Shown here one piece after another: positions 13,471 through 27,144 of a stretch of 64,000 bases of DNA; position 1 is the stretch's first letter; each line of letters starts with the position of its first letter. A model generated the notes under the pieces. The model searched no databases and was not told where the DNA came from. It was given only the letters and a program-made list of their open reading frames with translations. Both the position numbers and the translations under genes were made by a program. The DNA comes from Eledone cirrhosa (Eukaryota): NCBI GenBank assembly GCA_964016885.1, contig OZ024742.1:334986001-335050000 (forward strand). Direction: 5' to 3'.

Positions 13471-14298
13471 ATTTATTAATGAATGAACACTTGTATGACC
13501 TCCTTTTCAACCCAAGAGACATACAGATACATATGCAAATATTGTTGCTTGGTGGTTCAACATCCATTACAGCATTTAGTGTGGCAGTACACATTTAGAG
13601 ATTACATTCATATTAAAAGATAAAATCAAAAATACAGGTTAAAATACAACATGAAAATTAATGCGATAGGATAGTCATAAGCGGTTATTGAGTGCAACAG
13701 TTACACGTGTGGCAAGCACGTGCGTCTTGTTTATATAATGCTATAGTGTGGCAGAGTGTTACATGTAATGGAAGCACTTAAACAGGTGATCAAGAGTGTT
13801 AAGGGGGTTGAACTGGTAATGAATTCTTTATATGATTGTTATAGCCTGTGCGTGGAGAAATAATATAAGCATTAAAAATATTGGAAATACGTAGCAAAGC
13901 GATGATATGGATTTCATGCACAGCAACATTTTCACAGTCCGGGGAGCGTATTTTCCAGATTATATGCCCCTCACATAATCCACGACGATTCGATATTGGG
14001 CGTTTGACGATCCTGTTAGAGAATCGTAGTCTGTTGGTCTTTAGCTCAATACAGCAGGTTGTTACGTTGCGAGAATCGACATCCTTGTAAGTTTGACTCT
14101 GACATGCAAAAATCATATATATATGAATAAAGTAAGCCAAATGATAGTAGATTCAAATATCACAGAGAGGGGGGGGCAGAAATGAGGTGCAACAGAATTG
14201 AAACTTAGATTACAGGTTAAAATATAGTCTAGAATCTAGACAATATTTAGATGAGAAGCAAAACGAGGATGTAGTTTATGGAACACCCAAATGTAAGA

Positions 14299-14674
14299 CA
14301 TGAACGACACCACATCATTTTGTTTTGATAATTTTGAAAGTAGATTTATAAGTATGAATTTTCATAAGGTTTTCGTAGCTGTCTCTGTGGCCTAACGGTA
14401 GATACTATAGACGTTGCAGATCCTGATCTTGGGTTCAATCCTGGTCAAGAGATGCATGTTATCATTTTCTGTTTTAATTTTACATCGCATAGAAAAAACT
14501 GAAAAGTTTTACCGGGAACCCTACTCACGAACAGCATCAAACTTCAGACGAGGATCACCACCGACTACGATTCCTGCAACCAGGCCACCGAGACAGTTAC
14601 AAAAGAATAATGAAAATTAATAATTATAAACCTACTTTCAAAATCAAAGTTAAAAGTTTGTGGTGTCGTTCATG
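14299..14674. mobile_element. Inverted-repeat element enclosing a tRNA-like SINE head
   Basis: Termini CATGAACGACACCAC / GTGGTGTCGTTCATG with ~50-bp imperfect arms. A-box/B-box-like TGGCCTAACGG...GGTTCAATCC at 14387-14441. Confidence 0.55.
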
Positions 14675-14837
14675 AGTTTCCTACAACAATTAGCCATATT
14701 TAGGGTCGACTTGTCAATCTTCTGGCTCTTTGGTAACAACCTTATTGTTCCTGTGTGTGTTTAACTGTTGAATTAATTTAATTTGATTATTTTAACAATA
14801 AAATAATATATATATATATACCCATATACACGCACTC

Positions 14838-14975
<138 letters not shown>

Positions 14976-15039
14976 ATTTGTTTATTTATTTACGATTTTT
15001 AGACAAATCACAGATGCAATAAACATAAATGAACTCCAA

Positions 15040-15538
15040 CCAAAATTAAATAGAAAACATGAATGGAATAGCAACATCACAACTTACAATTAAGGAGACA
15101 AAATGAAAACACACACACACACACATAGAACAAACAACCAACCAGTAACATGTAAATAAACAAATAAATAAACAAATAAAAACACACACAGACACCCGGA
15201 GGTAACAAATGCGCAAACTAAGCACACAACACACACAAAAACAAGATGGCGTAGGACAGAACAAAGGAGAGGCACAAAACAAAGAAAAGAATCCCCAGTC
15301 GTCACTGAAGAGGTCACAGAATGTATGACGAAAGAACTTTGACAATATATGAACAACCGTCCGATTGTGGAACCAACCAACCAACCGGAAATTTATATAT
15401 TTATATATTTAATAAATTGGAGTAAACGCATTTGGTGCGTGTGTTTCTTATTGGCAACATGACCCTCCCAAAGTATAACAATATCGGTTTCAACACGCGT
15501 TTTAAGATAAAGAATCTTGCTAAACAAATTCAGAAACG

Positions 15539-15540
<2 letters not shown>
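15040..15540 (+). mobile_element. Non-coding PLE-type 3' end (family E)
   Basis: Homologous to 53607-54172, 59205-59270, 60710-60980 and 26848-26890 (TTGTTATACTTTGGGAGGGTCATG). Confidence 0.75.
15301..15343 (+). ncRNA. Type I minimal hammerhead (family E)
   Basis: GTCA CTGAAGA gGTCAcagaatgtaTGAC GAAA GAAC TT TGAC. Confidence 0.75.
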
Positions 15541-15609
<69 letters not shown>

Positions 15610-15612
15610 TAG

Positions 15613-15701
<89 letters not shown>

Positions 15702-15774
15702 CATATATATATATATATATATTAGATATATATAGATATATATACATATATACATATATATACATATATATATA

Positions 15775-15819
<45 letters not shown>

Positions 15820-15843
15820 TATATACATATATATATATATTAG

Positions 15844-15874
<31 letters not shown>

Positions 15875-15875
15875 C

Positions 15876-15907
<32 letters not shown>

Positions 15908-15925
15908 TAGATATATATATATATA

Positions 15926-15972
<47 letters not shown>

Positions 15973-15986
15973 TTATATATTAGATA

Positions 15987-16047
<61 letters not shown>

Positions 16048-16092
16048 TAGATATATATATATACATATATATATATATATTAGATATATATC

Positions 16093-16156
<64 letters not shown>

Positions 16157-16181
16157 TATATACATTTATGTATATATATAC

Positions 16182-16261
<80 letters not shown>

Positions 16262-16263
<2 letters not shown>

Positions 16264-16871
16264 GTCAGGTCACCAGTTGGTGCTACTGGTAACATGTATC
16301 CCAGTACAACCTGTCCCATGGTCGGGTCGTTGGCGACTAAACTGGCAACCCCACCAAGGTTTCTTGGTGAGGAGGGTGACTTTGGACATCCTGCAGGACT
16401 AAAAACAAAACCTGTCAAAGGGCAAAGGAGCTCTTAAGAGTCAATGGCCATCCAAAATCACCGGGAGAGATGACCCCTTAGCCTTTGTCAAGGCAGAATT
16501 CTAGGAGAAGGAAAACTCTGATATAACACCTGCAACCCTGATGGTATCCAATGATGTTGACTTGTTCTTCTTTTTGGTAAATATCATCTTGGTTAAGAGA
16601 GTGGGACTGGCTTTGTGCAGTGCCTTTGCTCACTATAAAAGCTTCACGGCACAGGCATTGCTTTATATCTGGAGATCTCTCTGCACTTGTCGTCACATGG
16701 TACCATGGGCCCAGCACTATGTGTCAGTAATTGTCACAAGTGTAGTGTTTGTACCAGAGTTTTCAAGTCGCTGGCTGGACTAAAAAGTCACACTCGTTCA
16801 GCGCATCGGTAGGGGTTCTCCTACATGGATATAAAGTAGTGGCCGTACTCGAAAACGAGTTGGCAGCCACC
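16262..16871 (+). mobile_element. ~610-bp dispersed repeat, possibly an RTE-like 5' region or non-autonomous retroelement
   Basis: Near-identical inverted copy at 52788-53398. GC-richer than its flanks and bounded by (TA)n. The RTE assignment is tentative, based on the GGAGAAGGAAAACTCTG-like motif. Confidence 0.6.
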
Positions 16872-16874
16872 ATA

Positions 16875-16907
<33 letters not shown>

Positions 16908-16917
16908 TACGTTTATA

Positions 16918-16948
<31 letters not shown>

Positions 16949-17018
16949 TACATATATATATATGACATATATACATATATATATGTATATATGTATGTAT
17001 ATATATATGTATGTATAT

Positions 17019-17155
<137 letters not shown>

Positions 17156-17483
17156 AATTAATAAATTATATATATATAAATTATCTTCATACGGATTGGA
17201 CACTACCGTATATTTTGGTAGATTTACCTCTATATATATATATATATACAATATACATATATATTAATACACATATATACACATACATGCATACATATAT
17301 ATTTATATATATAGTTTGTGTGTGTGTGTGTGGTGAGAGAAATATGAGACAATGCGTGTTTGTGTAAGGTAGCTATGTATAGTTAAGAACTTACTGGACC
17401 TCTGCCAACTCACTATACAATGGAATACATACAATGTTGAGCTATATTGGTGTGGACAACTTATAAATAATACTCAACATCTG

Positions 17484-18030
17484 TTGATGGTAGTGGTATT
17501 GCTGATACTGATGATGGTGGTGGTGGTGGTAGTGGTGGTGGTGGTGGTGGTATTGCTGATACTGATGATGGTGGTGGTGGTGGTAGTGGTGGTGGTGGTG
17601 GTAGTGGTGGTGGTGGTGGTATTGCTGATACTGATGATGGTGGTGGTGGTGGTGGTGGTGGTGGTGGTATTGCTGTTAGTGATGATGGTCGTGGTGGTGG
17701 TAGTGGTGGTTGTGGTGGTGGTGGTGGTGGTATTGCTGATACTGATGATGGTGGTGGTGGTGGTAGTGGTGGTGGTGGTGGTGGTGGTGGTGGTATTGCT
17801 GATAGTGATGATGGTGGTGGTTGTGGTAGTGGTGGTGGTAGTGGTGGTGGTGGTGGTGGTGGTGGTGGTGTTATTGCTGATAGTGATGATGGTGGTGGGG
17901 GGGGGGCATTGCTGATACTGATGATGGTGGTGGTGGTGATAGTGGTGGTGGTGGTGGTGGTGGTGGTGGTATTGCTGATACTGATGATGATGGTGGTGGT
18001 GGTGGTGGTAGTATTGCTGATACTGATGAT
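17484..18030. repeat. (GGT)n-rich degenerate minisatellite with ATTGCTGATACTGATGAT core
   Basis: Seen directly. Confidence 0.9.
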
Positions 18031-20860
18031 GGTGAGGGTGGTAGTAGTAACTGTGGTGAGGATGGTAGTGGTAAATGTGGTGAGGGTGGTAGTGGTAATT
18101 GTGGTGAGGGTGGTAGTAGTAACTGTGGTGAGGATGGTAGTGGTAAATGTGGTGAGGGTGGTAGTGGTAACTGTGGTGAGGATGGTAGTAGTAACTGTGG
18201 TGAGGATAGTAGTGGTAACTGTGGTGAGGATGGTAGTGGTAAATGTGGTGAGGGTGGTAGTGGTAACTGTGGTGAGGATGGTAGTGGTAAATGTGGTGAG
18301 GGTGGTAGTGGTAACTGTGGTGATGGTGGTAGTAGTAACTGTGGTGAGGATAGTAGTGGTAACTGTGGTGAGGATGGTAGTGGTAAATGTGGTGAGGGTG
18401 GTAGTGGTAACTTTGGTGAGGATGGTAGTGGTAATTGTGGTGATGGTGGAGTGGTAATTGTGGTGAGGGTGGAGTGGTAACTGTGGTGAGGATGGTAGTG
18501 GTAATTGCGGTGAGGGTGGTAGTGGTAACTGTGGTGAGGGTGGTAGTGGTAACTGTGGTGAGGATGGTAGTGGTAACTGTGGTGAGGATGGTAGTGGTAA
18601 CTGTGGTGAGGGTGGTAGTGGTAACTGTGGTGAGGGTGGTAGTGGTAACTGTGGTGAGGATGGTAGTGGTAATTGTGGTGAGGGTGGAGTGGTAATTGTG
18701 GTGAGGGTGGTAGTGGTAACTGTGGTGAGGGTGGTAGTGGTAACTGTGGTGAGGATGGTAGTGGTAACTGTGGTGAGGATGGTAGTGGTAACTGTGGTGA
18801 GGATGGTAGTGGTAATTGTGGTGAGGATGGTAGTGGTAACTGTGGTGAGGATGGTAGTGGTAAATGTGGTGAGGGTGGTAGTGGTAACTTTGGTGAGGAT
18901 GGTAGTGGTAATTGTGGTGAGGGTGGAGTGGTAATTGTGGTGAGGGTGGAGTGGTAACTGTGGTGAGGATGGTAGTGGTAATTGCGGTGAGGGTGGTAGT
19001 GGTAACTGTGGTGAGGATAGTAGTGGTAACTGTGGTGAGGATGGTAGTGGTAACTGTGGTGAGGGTGGAGTGGTAACTGTGGTGAGGATGGTAGTGGTAA
19101 CTGTGGTGAGGATGGTAGTGGTAATTGTGGTGAGGATGGTAGTGGTAACTGTGGTGAGGATGGTAGTGGTAACTGTGGTGAGGATGGTAGTGGTAACTGT
19201 GGTGAGGATGGTAGTGGTAACTGTGGTGAGGATGGTAGTGGTAATTGTGGTGAGGGTGGAGTGGTAATTGTGGTGAGGGTGGAGTGGTAACTCTGGTGAG
19301 GGTGGTAGGGGTAACTGTGGTGAGGGTGGTAGTGGTAACTGTGGTGAGGGTGGTAGTGGTAACTGTGGTGAGGGTGGTAGTGGTAACTGTGGTGAGGATA
19401 GTAGTGGTAACTGTGGTGACGGTGGTAGGGGTAACTGTGGTGAGGGTGATGGTGGTAACTGTGGTGAGGGTGGTAGTGGTAACTGTGGTGAGGATGGTAG
19501 TGGTAACTGTGGTGAGGGTGGTAGTGGTAACTGTGGTAAGGGTGGTAGTGGTAACTGTGGTGAGGGTGGTAGTGGTAACTGTGGTGAGGATGGTAGTGGT
19601 AACTGTGGTGAGGGTGGTAGTGGTAACTGTGGTGAGGATGGTAGTGGTAACTGTGGTGAGGGTGGTAGTGGTAACTGTGGTAAGGGTGGTAGTGGTAGTG
19701 GTAACTGTGATGAGTGTGGAGTGGTAACTGTGGTGAGGGTGGTAGTGGTAACTGTGGTAAGGGTGGTAGTGGTAGTGGTAACTGTGGTGAGGATGGTAGT
19801 GGTAACTGTGGTGAGGGTGGTAGTGGTAACTGTGGTAAGGGTGGTAGTGGTAACTGTGGTGAGGATGGTAGTGGTAATTGTGGTGAGGGTGGTAGTGGTA
19901 ACTGTGGTGAGGGTGGTAGTGGTAACTGTGGTGAGGGTGGTAGTGGTAACTGTGGTGAGGGTGGTAGTGGTAACTTTGGTGAGGGTGGTAGTAGTAACTG
20001 TGGTGAGGATAGTAGTGGTAACTGTGGTGAGGGTGGTAGTGGTAACTGTGGTGAGGGTGGTAGTGGTAACTGTGGTAAGGGTGGTAGTGGTAGTGGTAAC
20101 TGTGGTGAGGGTGGTAGTGGTAACTGTGGTCATGGTGGTAGTGGTAACTGTTGTGAGGGTGGTAGTGGTAACTGTGGTGAGGGTGTTAGTGGTAACTGTG
20201 GTGAGGGTGGTAGTGGTAATGGTAACTGTGGTTATTGTGGTAGTGGTAACTGTGGTGAGGATGGTAGTGGTAACTGTGGTGAGGGTGGTAGTGGTAACTG
20301 TGGTGATGGTGGTAGTGGTAGTGGTAACTGTGGTGAGGGTGGTAGTGGTAACTGTGGTGACGGTGGTAGTGGTAGTGGTAACTGTGGTGAGGGTGGTAGT
20401 GGTAATTGTGGTGAGGGTGATGGTGGTAGTGGTAACTGTGGTGAGGGTGGTAATGGTAACTGTGGTGATGGTGGTAGTGGTAGTGGTAACTGTGGTGATG
20501 GTGGTAGTGGTAGTGGTAACTGTGGTGAGGGTGATGGTGGTTGTGGTAACTGTGGTGAGCGTGGTAGTGGTAACTGTGGTGAGGGTGGTAGTGGTAGTGG
20601 TAACTGTGGTGAGGGTGGTAGTGGTAGTGGTAACTGTGGTGAAGGTGGTAGTGGTAACTGTGGTGAGGGTGGTAGTGGTAGTGGTAACTGTGGTGAGGGT
20701 GGTAGTGGTAGTGGTAACTGTGGTGATGGTGGTAGTGGTAACTGTGATGAGGGTGGTAGTGGTAACTGTGGTGAGGGTGGTAGTGGTAACTGTGGTGAGG
20801 GTGGTAGTGGTAACTGTGGGGAGGGTGGTCGTGGTAATTGTGGTGAGGGTGATGGTGGAA
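18031..20860. repeat. 24-bp minisatellite (GGTAGTGGTAACTGTGGTGAGGGT)n
   Basis: Tandem units, with 30-bp variants toward the 3' side. Confidence 0.95.
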
Positions 20861-20914
20861 GTACTGGTGATGGAAATGTTGGTATTGCTGAATGTAGTGA
20901 TAAGTTTGATAGTA

Positions 20915-23900
20915 ATGGTGGCGATAGTGTAATGGTATTGGTGGTGGTGTTACAAGTGGTGGAGATTGTGTAATGGTATTGGTGGTGGTGTTACAAGTGG
21001 TGGCGATAGTGTAATGGTATTGGTGGTGGTGTTACAAGTGGTGGCGATAGTGTAATGGTATTGGTGGTGGTGTTACAAGTGGTGGAGATTGTGTAATGGT
21101 ATTGGTGGTGGTGTTACAAGTGGTGGCGATAGTGTAATGGTATTAGTGGTGGTGTTACAAGTGGTGGCGATAGTGTAATGGTATTGGTGGTTGTGTTACA
21201 AGTGGTGGCGATAGTGTAATGGGATTGGTGGTGTTGTTACAAGTGGTGCGATTGTGTAATGGTATTGGTGGTGGTGTTACAAGTGGTGGCGATAGTGTAA
21301 TGGTATTGGTGGTGGTGTTACAAGTGGTGGCGATTGTGTAATGGTATTGGTGGTGGTGTTACAAGTGGTGGCGATAGTGTAATGGTATTGGTGGTGGTGT
21401 TACAAGTGGTGGCGATAGTGTAATGGTATTGGTGGTGGTGTTACAAGTGGTGGAGATTGTGTAATGGTATTGGTGGTGGTGTTACAAGTGGTGGCGATAG
21501 TGTAATGGTATTGGTGGTGGTGTTACAAGTGGTGGCTATAGTGTAATGGTATTGGTGGTTGTGTTACAAGTGGTGGCGATAGTGTAATGGTATTGGTGGT
21601 GTTGTTACAAGTGGTGCGATTGTGTAATGGTATTGGTGGTGGTGTTACAAGTGTTGGCGATAGTGTAATGGTATTGGTGGTGGTGTTACAAGCGGTGGCG
21701 ATAGTGTAATGGTATTGGTGGTGGTGTTACAAGTGGTGGCGATAGTGTAATGGTATTGGTGGTGGTGTTACAAGTGGTTGCGATAGTGTAATGGTATTGG
21801 TGGTGGTGTTACAAGCGGTGGCGATAGTGTAATGGTATTGATAGTGGTGTTACAAGTGGTGGCGATAGTGTAATGGTATTGGTGGTGGTGTTACAAGCGG
21901 TGGCGATAGTGTAATGGTATTGGTGTTGGTGTTACAAGCGGTGGCGATAGTGTAATGGTATTGGTGGTGGTGTTACAAGCGGTGGCGATAGTGTAATGGT
22001 ATTGGTGGTGGTGTTACAAGTGGTGGCAATAGTGTAATGGTATTGGTGGTGGTGTTACAAGCGGTGGCGATAGTGTAATGGTATTGGTGGTGGTGTTACA
22101 AGTGGTGGCAATAGTGTAATGGTATTGGTGGTGGTGTTACAAGCGGTGGCGATAGTGTAATGGTATTGGTGGTGGTGTTACAAATGGTGGCGATAGTGTA
22201 ATGGTATTGGTGGTGGTGTTACAAGCGGTGGCGATAGTGTAATGGTATTGGTGGTGGTGTTACAAGTGGTGGCAATAGTGTAATGGTATTGGTGGTGGTG
22301 TTACAAGCGGTGGCGATAGTGTAATGGTATTGGTGGTGGTGTTACAAGCGGTGGCGATAGTGTAATGGTATTGGTGGTGGTGTTACAAGTGGTGGCGATA
22401 CTGTAATGGTATTGATGGTGGTGTTACAAGCGGTGGCGATAGTGTAATGGTATTGGTGGTGGTGTTACAAGCGGTGGCGATAGTGTAATGGTATTGGTGG
22501 TGGTGTTACAAGTGGTGGCGATAGTGTAATGGTATTGATGGTGGTGTTACAAGCGGTGGCGATAGTGTAATGGTATTGGGTGTGGTGTTACAAGTATGGC
22601 GATAGTGTAATGGTATTGGTGGTGGTGTTACAAGTGGTGGCGATAGTGTAATGGTATTGATGGTGGTGTTACAAGTGGTGGCGATAGTGTAATGGTATTG
22701 GTGTTGGTGTTACAAGTGGTGGCGATAGTGTAATGGTATTGGTGTTGGTGTTACAAGTGGTGGCGATAGTGTAATGGTATTGGTGGTGGTGTTACAAGCG
22801 GTGGCGATAGTGTAATGGTATTGGTGCTGGTGTTATAAGTGGTGGCGATAGTGTAATGGTATTGGTGGTGGTGTTACAAGTGGTGGCGATAGTCTAATGG
22901 TATTGATGGTGGTGTTACAAGCGGTGGCGATAGTGTAATGGTATTGGTGCTGGTGTTATAAGTGGTGGCGATAGTGTAATGGTATTGGTGGTGGTGTTAC
23001 AAGCGGTGGCGATAGTGTAATGGTATTGGTGGTGGTGTTACAAGTGGTGGCGATAGTGTAATGGTATTGATGGTGGTGTTACAAGTGGTGGCGATAGTGT
23101 AATGGTATTGGTGGTGTTGTTACAAGTGGTGCGATTGTGTAATGGTATTTGTGGTGGTGTTACAAGTGGTGGCGATAGTGTAATGGTATTGGTGGTGGTG
23201 TTACTAGTGGTGGCGATAGTGTAATGGTATTGGTGGTGGTGTTACAAGTGGTGGCGATAGTGTAATGGTATTGGTGGTGGTGTTACAAGTGGTGGCGATA
23301 GTGTAATGGTATTGGTGTTGGTGTTACAAGCGGTGGCGATAGTGTAATGGTATTGGTGGTGGTGTTACAAGCGGTGGCGATAGTGTAATGGTATTGGTGG
23401 TGGTGTTATAAGTGGTGGCGATAGTGTAATGGTATTGGTGGTGGTGTTACAAGTGGTGGCGATAGTGTAATGGTATTGGTGGTGGTGTTACAAGCGGTGG
23501 CGATAGTGTAATGGTATTGGTGGTGGTGTTACAAGTGGTGGCGATAGTGTAATGGTATTGATGGTGGTGTTACAAGCGGTGGCGATAGTGTAATGGTATT
23601 GGTGTTGGTGTTACAAGCGGTGGCGATAGTGTAATGGTATTGGTGGTGGTGGTACAAGTGGTGGCGATAGTGTAATGGTATTGGTGGTGGTGGTACAAGT
23701 GGTGGCGATAGTGTAATGGTATTGGTGTTGGTGTTACAAGCGGTGGCGATAGTGTAATGGTATTGGTGTTGGTGTTACAAGTGGTGGCGATAGTGTAATG
23801 GTATTGGTGGTGGTGTTACAAGTGGTGGCGATAGTGTAATGGTATTGGTGGTGGTGTTACAAGTGGTGGCGATAGTGTAATGGTATTGGTGGTGGTGGTA

Positions 23901-24530
23901 CAAGTGGTGGCGATAGTGTAATGGTATTGGTGGTGGTGGTACAAGTGGTGGCGATAGTGTAATGGTATTGGTGGTGGTGGTACAAGTGGTGGCGATAGTG
24001 TAATGGTATTGGTGGTGGTGGTACAAGTGGTGGCGATAGTGTAATGGTATTGGTGGTGGTGGTACAAGTGGTGGCGATAGTGTAATGGTATTGGTGGTGG
24101 TGGTACAAGTGGTGGCGATAGTGTAATGGTATTGGTGGTGGTGGTACAAGCGGTGGAGATTGTGTAATGGTATTGGTGGTGGTGTTACAAGTGGTGGCGA
24201 TAGTGTAATGGTATTGGTGGTGGTGTTACAAGTGGTGGCGATAGTGTAATGGTATTGGTGGTGGTGGTACAAGTGGTGGCGATAGTGTAATGGTATTGGT
24301 GTTGGTGTTACAAGTGGTGGCGATAGTGTAATGGTATTGGTGTTGGTGTTACAAGTGGTGGCGATAGTGTAATGGTATTGGTGGTGGTGTTACAAGTGGT
24401 GGCGATAGTGTAATGGTTTTAGTGGTGGTGGTACAAGTGGTGGCGATAGTGTAATGGTATTGGTGGTGGTGTTACAAGTGGTGGCGATAGTGTAATGGTA
24501 TTGGTGGTGGTGTTACAAGTGGTGGCGATA
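20915..24530. repeat. 41-bp minisatellite (GATAGTGTAATGGTATTGGTGGTGGTGTTACAAGTGGTGGC)n, roughly 88 units
   Basis: Highly homogeneous head-to-tail units with no spacers. Confidence 0.95.
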
Positions 24531-24587
24531 TTGCTTGTGATAGAAATATATAGTGATGTGATAAAGGGCTGATAATACATATATACA

Positions 24588-24622
<35 letters not shown>

Positions 24623-24773
24623 ATACACATATATATGCCTACAGACACACACACATACATACATATATATCTAGGGTGGGTAAAATTCCCGAGATATACA
24701 TATATATATAGAGAGAGAGAGAAAGATATATATATACATTTATATATATATATATATATGTATATACACACTA

Positions 24774-24869
<96 letters not shown>

Positions 24870-24931
24870 AATATATATATACACACACACAAGTGAATAT
24901 ATGAGAGGGATGAACACCGATACAAGTATAC

Positions 24932-25201
24932 ATGTGTTCCAATTGCCAATGACCAGGTTAACTAGGTTGAAAAAATACTAAATTATAACAATATGGTTTG
25001 CCTGTCTCGATTTAAAGTAATAAATCAATAAAAATAACAAACCTATATCGGGCAACTGCCTTTGATACCCGGACAGATCTAAATCTGTTACTCAAGAATT
25101 ATTAATATATTTATTACTTTAAATCGAGACAGGCAAACCATATTGTTATAATTTAGTATTTTGTCAACCTAGCTAACTTGGTCATTGCCAATTGGAACAC
25201 A
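24932..25201. repeat. Fold-back element with ~95-bp arms
   Basis: 24932-25025 is the imperfect reverse complement of 25108-25201, lying between microsatellites. Confidence 0.8.
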
Positions 25202-25286
25202 ATTGGAACCTCGAGCTATTTAATTGTAAAAGACTATTTTGAGTTTCTAACTCAATATATGATATATATACATATAAATGTGTGTG

Positions 25287-25406
<120 letters not shown>

Positions 25407-25887
25407 TACACACATATCTGGCTAGATGTCTAGATGAAAGTTGTGGTTAACCAGTTGAAAGTTATTGATTCGATATTCTTTGAAGACCTGGTTTACCCAT
25501 TCACGTTTGAAGCTATATATATGAAGTACTTTAAAATCCACCCAACAACCCATATATAGGGAAAATAATATACTAAATATTTCCTCCAAATTGCCTTTCA
25601 CAATATAAAGTATTTTTGGTCTTTTAGATGGTATAAAGACTTAAAAGAAGCCATCAGTAAGGACTGTCAAGGGAGGTTTGTGTTAGTTGACTGGAGCTTT
25701 TGAATTGTCCATTATTGGAGATATTAAAACGACAGAAAAAAAGACTATTCCATTGTGCATTTCATGTTAAAATACTAGTTGTGCCTGCTTTCATTTCTAT
25801 TCATAACAATCACCTTAAATATTCACGCAAGTCCAGAAAATATATATTTGCTTGTATATATATATCAATGTGTCTTTCTCCCCCCCC

Positions 25888-25922
<35 letters not shown>

Positions 25923-25968
25923 CTCTATATATATATATACACACATACATACACACACACACATATAC

Positions 25969-26035
<67 letters not shown>

Positions 26036-26287
26036 TATGTGTATGTATGTGTGTATATATGCATGTATATGTATAAGTATATACAAGCAAATATATATGT
26101 ATATACGTGTATATGTCTAGATATATATGCATGTTTATGCATAAGTATATATGTATATATATATATATTTGCATGTGTATATATGTGTGTGCGTATGTGT
26201 ATATGTATGTATGTGTGTATCTATGTAAGTATGTATGTATGAGAAAAACCAAGAAGGAAAAATAAGACGAGAGTACGATACAGTAAT

Positions 26288-26441
26288 AATTTCTACTTTT
26301 GGCACAAGGCCAGCAATTATCCCAGTGCATTACTGGTACTTTATTTTATCGATCCCGTAAGGATGAAAGGCACTGTTAACCTCGGCAGCTTAACTTTGCC
26401 TTTCATCCTTACGGGGTCGATAAAATAAAGTACCAGTAATG
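26288..26441. mobile_element. SINE family A fragment folded back on itself
   Basis: CATTACTGGTACTTTATTTTATCGA...TCGATAAAATAAAGTACCAGTAATG. Confidence 0.75.
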
Positions 26442-26718
26442 TTATATATTTGTTTTACACTTGATATAGTACGATAAGAATATTAATGTATCGGACGTTT
26501 GTCTTTCATTGTAAGCTAGAAAAAGTAAGAGAAGAAATAGAACGATTGACGTGAATAAGATTGCATTTCTCACATAAATATATATATATATACATTCGTA
26601 TATGCATATATATATAGATATACACACATATACATATATATATATATGCATATATATATGTATATATATATATGTATATATATATATGTGTGTAAAAATG
26701 TATATATATATATATATT

Positions 26719-26799
<81 letters not shown>

Positions 26800-26806
26800 A
26801 TACTTT

Positions 26807-26851
<45 letters not shown>

Positions 26852-26905
26852 ATACTTTGGGAGGGTCATGTTGCGAGAAAAACCACAAACCCTCCATCTC
26901 AATTC

Positions 26906-26944
26906 CACTTTTGAAAAGCACAAGAACTGCGAAACCGGTAAAGG
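26906..26944 (+). ncRNA. Type I minimal hammerhead with U3-A8 core (family F)
   Basis: CTT TTGAAAA GCA caagaac TGC GAAA CCGG TA AAG, with palindromic ACCGGT. A second copy lies at 58499-58538 minus. Confidence 0.7.
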
Positions 26945-27070
26945 AACCAAATGAATATTTTTTTTTTAAAAAGACTCCAGTTGCATTTTCGATTTCATCT
27001 TTTCTTCCTTATACTTTCACTCATGTAGAACACCACGTTTTTTTTTCATTTTGTAAAAAAACCTCACTTT

Positions 27071-27144
<74 letters not shown>

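Noticed and set aside
13799-14140. 113-aa ORF in non-repetitive sequence
   Set aside because: No recognisable motif; probably non-coding sequence upstream of the family D hammerhead.
14380-14455. Possible tRNA gene
   Set aside because: A and B boxes are present but no complete cloverleaf, so it was treated as a SINE-like head.
17461-20973. 890-aa Thr/Pro-rich and 419-aa GSGNCGEG ORFs
   Set aside because: Translations of a 24-bp tandem repeat on both strands. The reading frame shifts within the array.
20915-24530. CRISPR-like regular array
   Set aside because: Units are head to tail with no unique spacers, there are no cas genes, and the context is eukaryotic.
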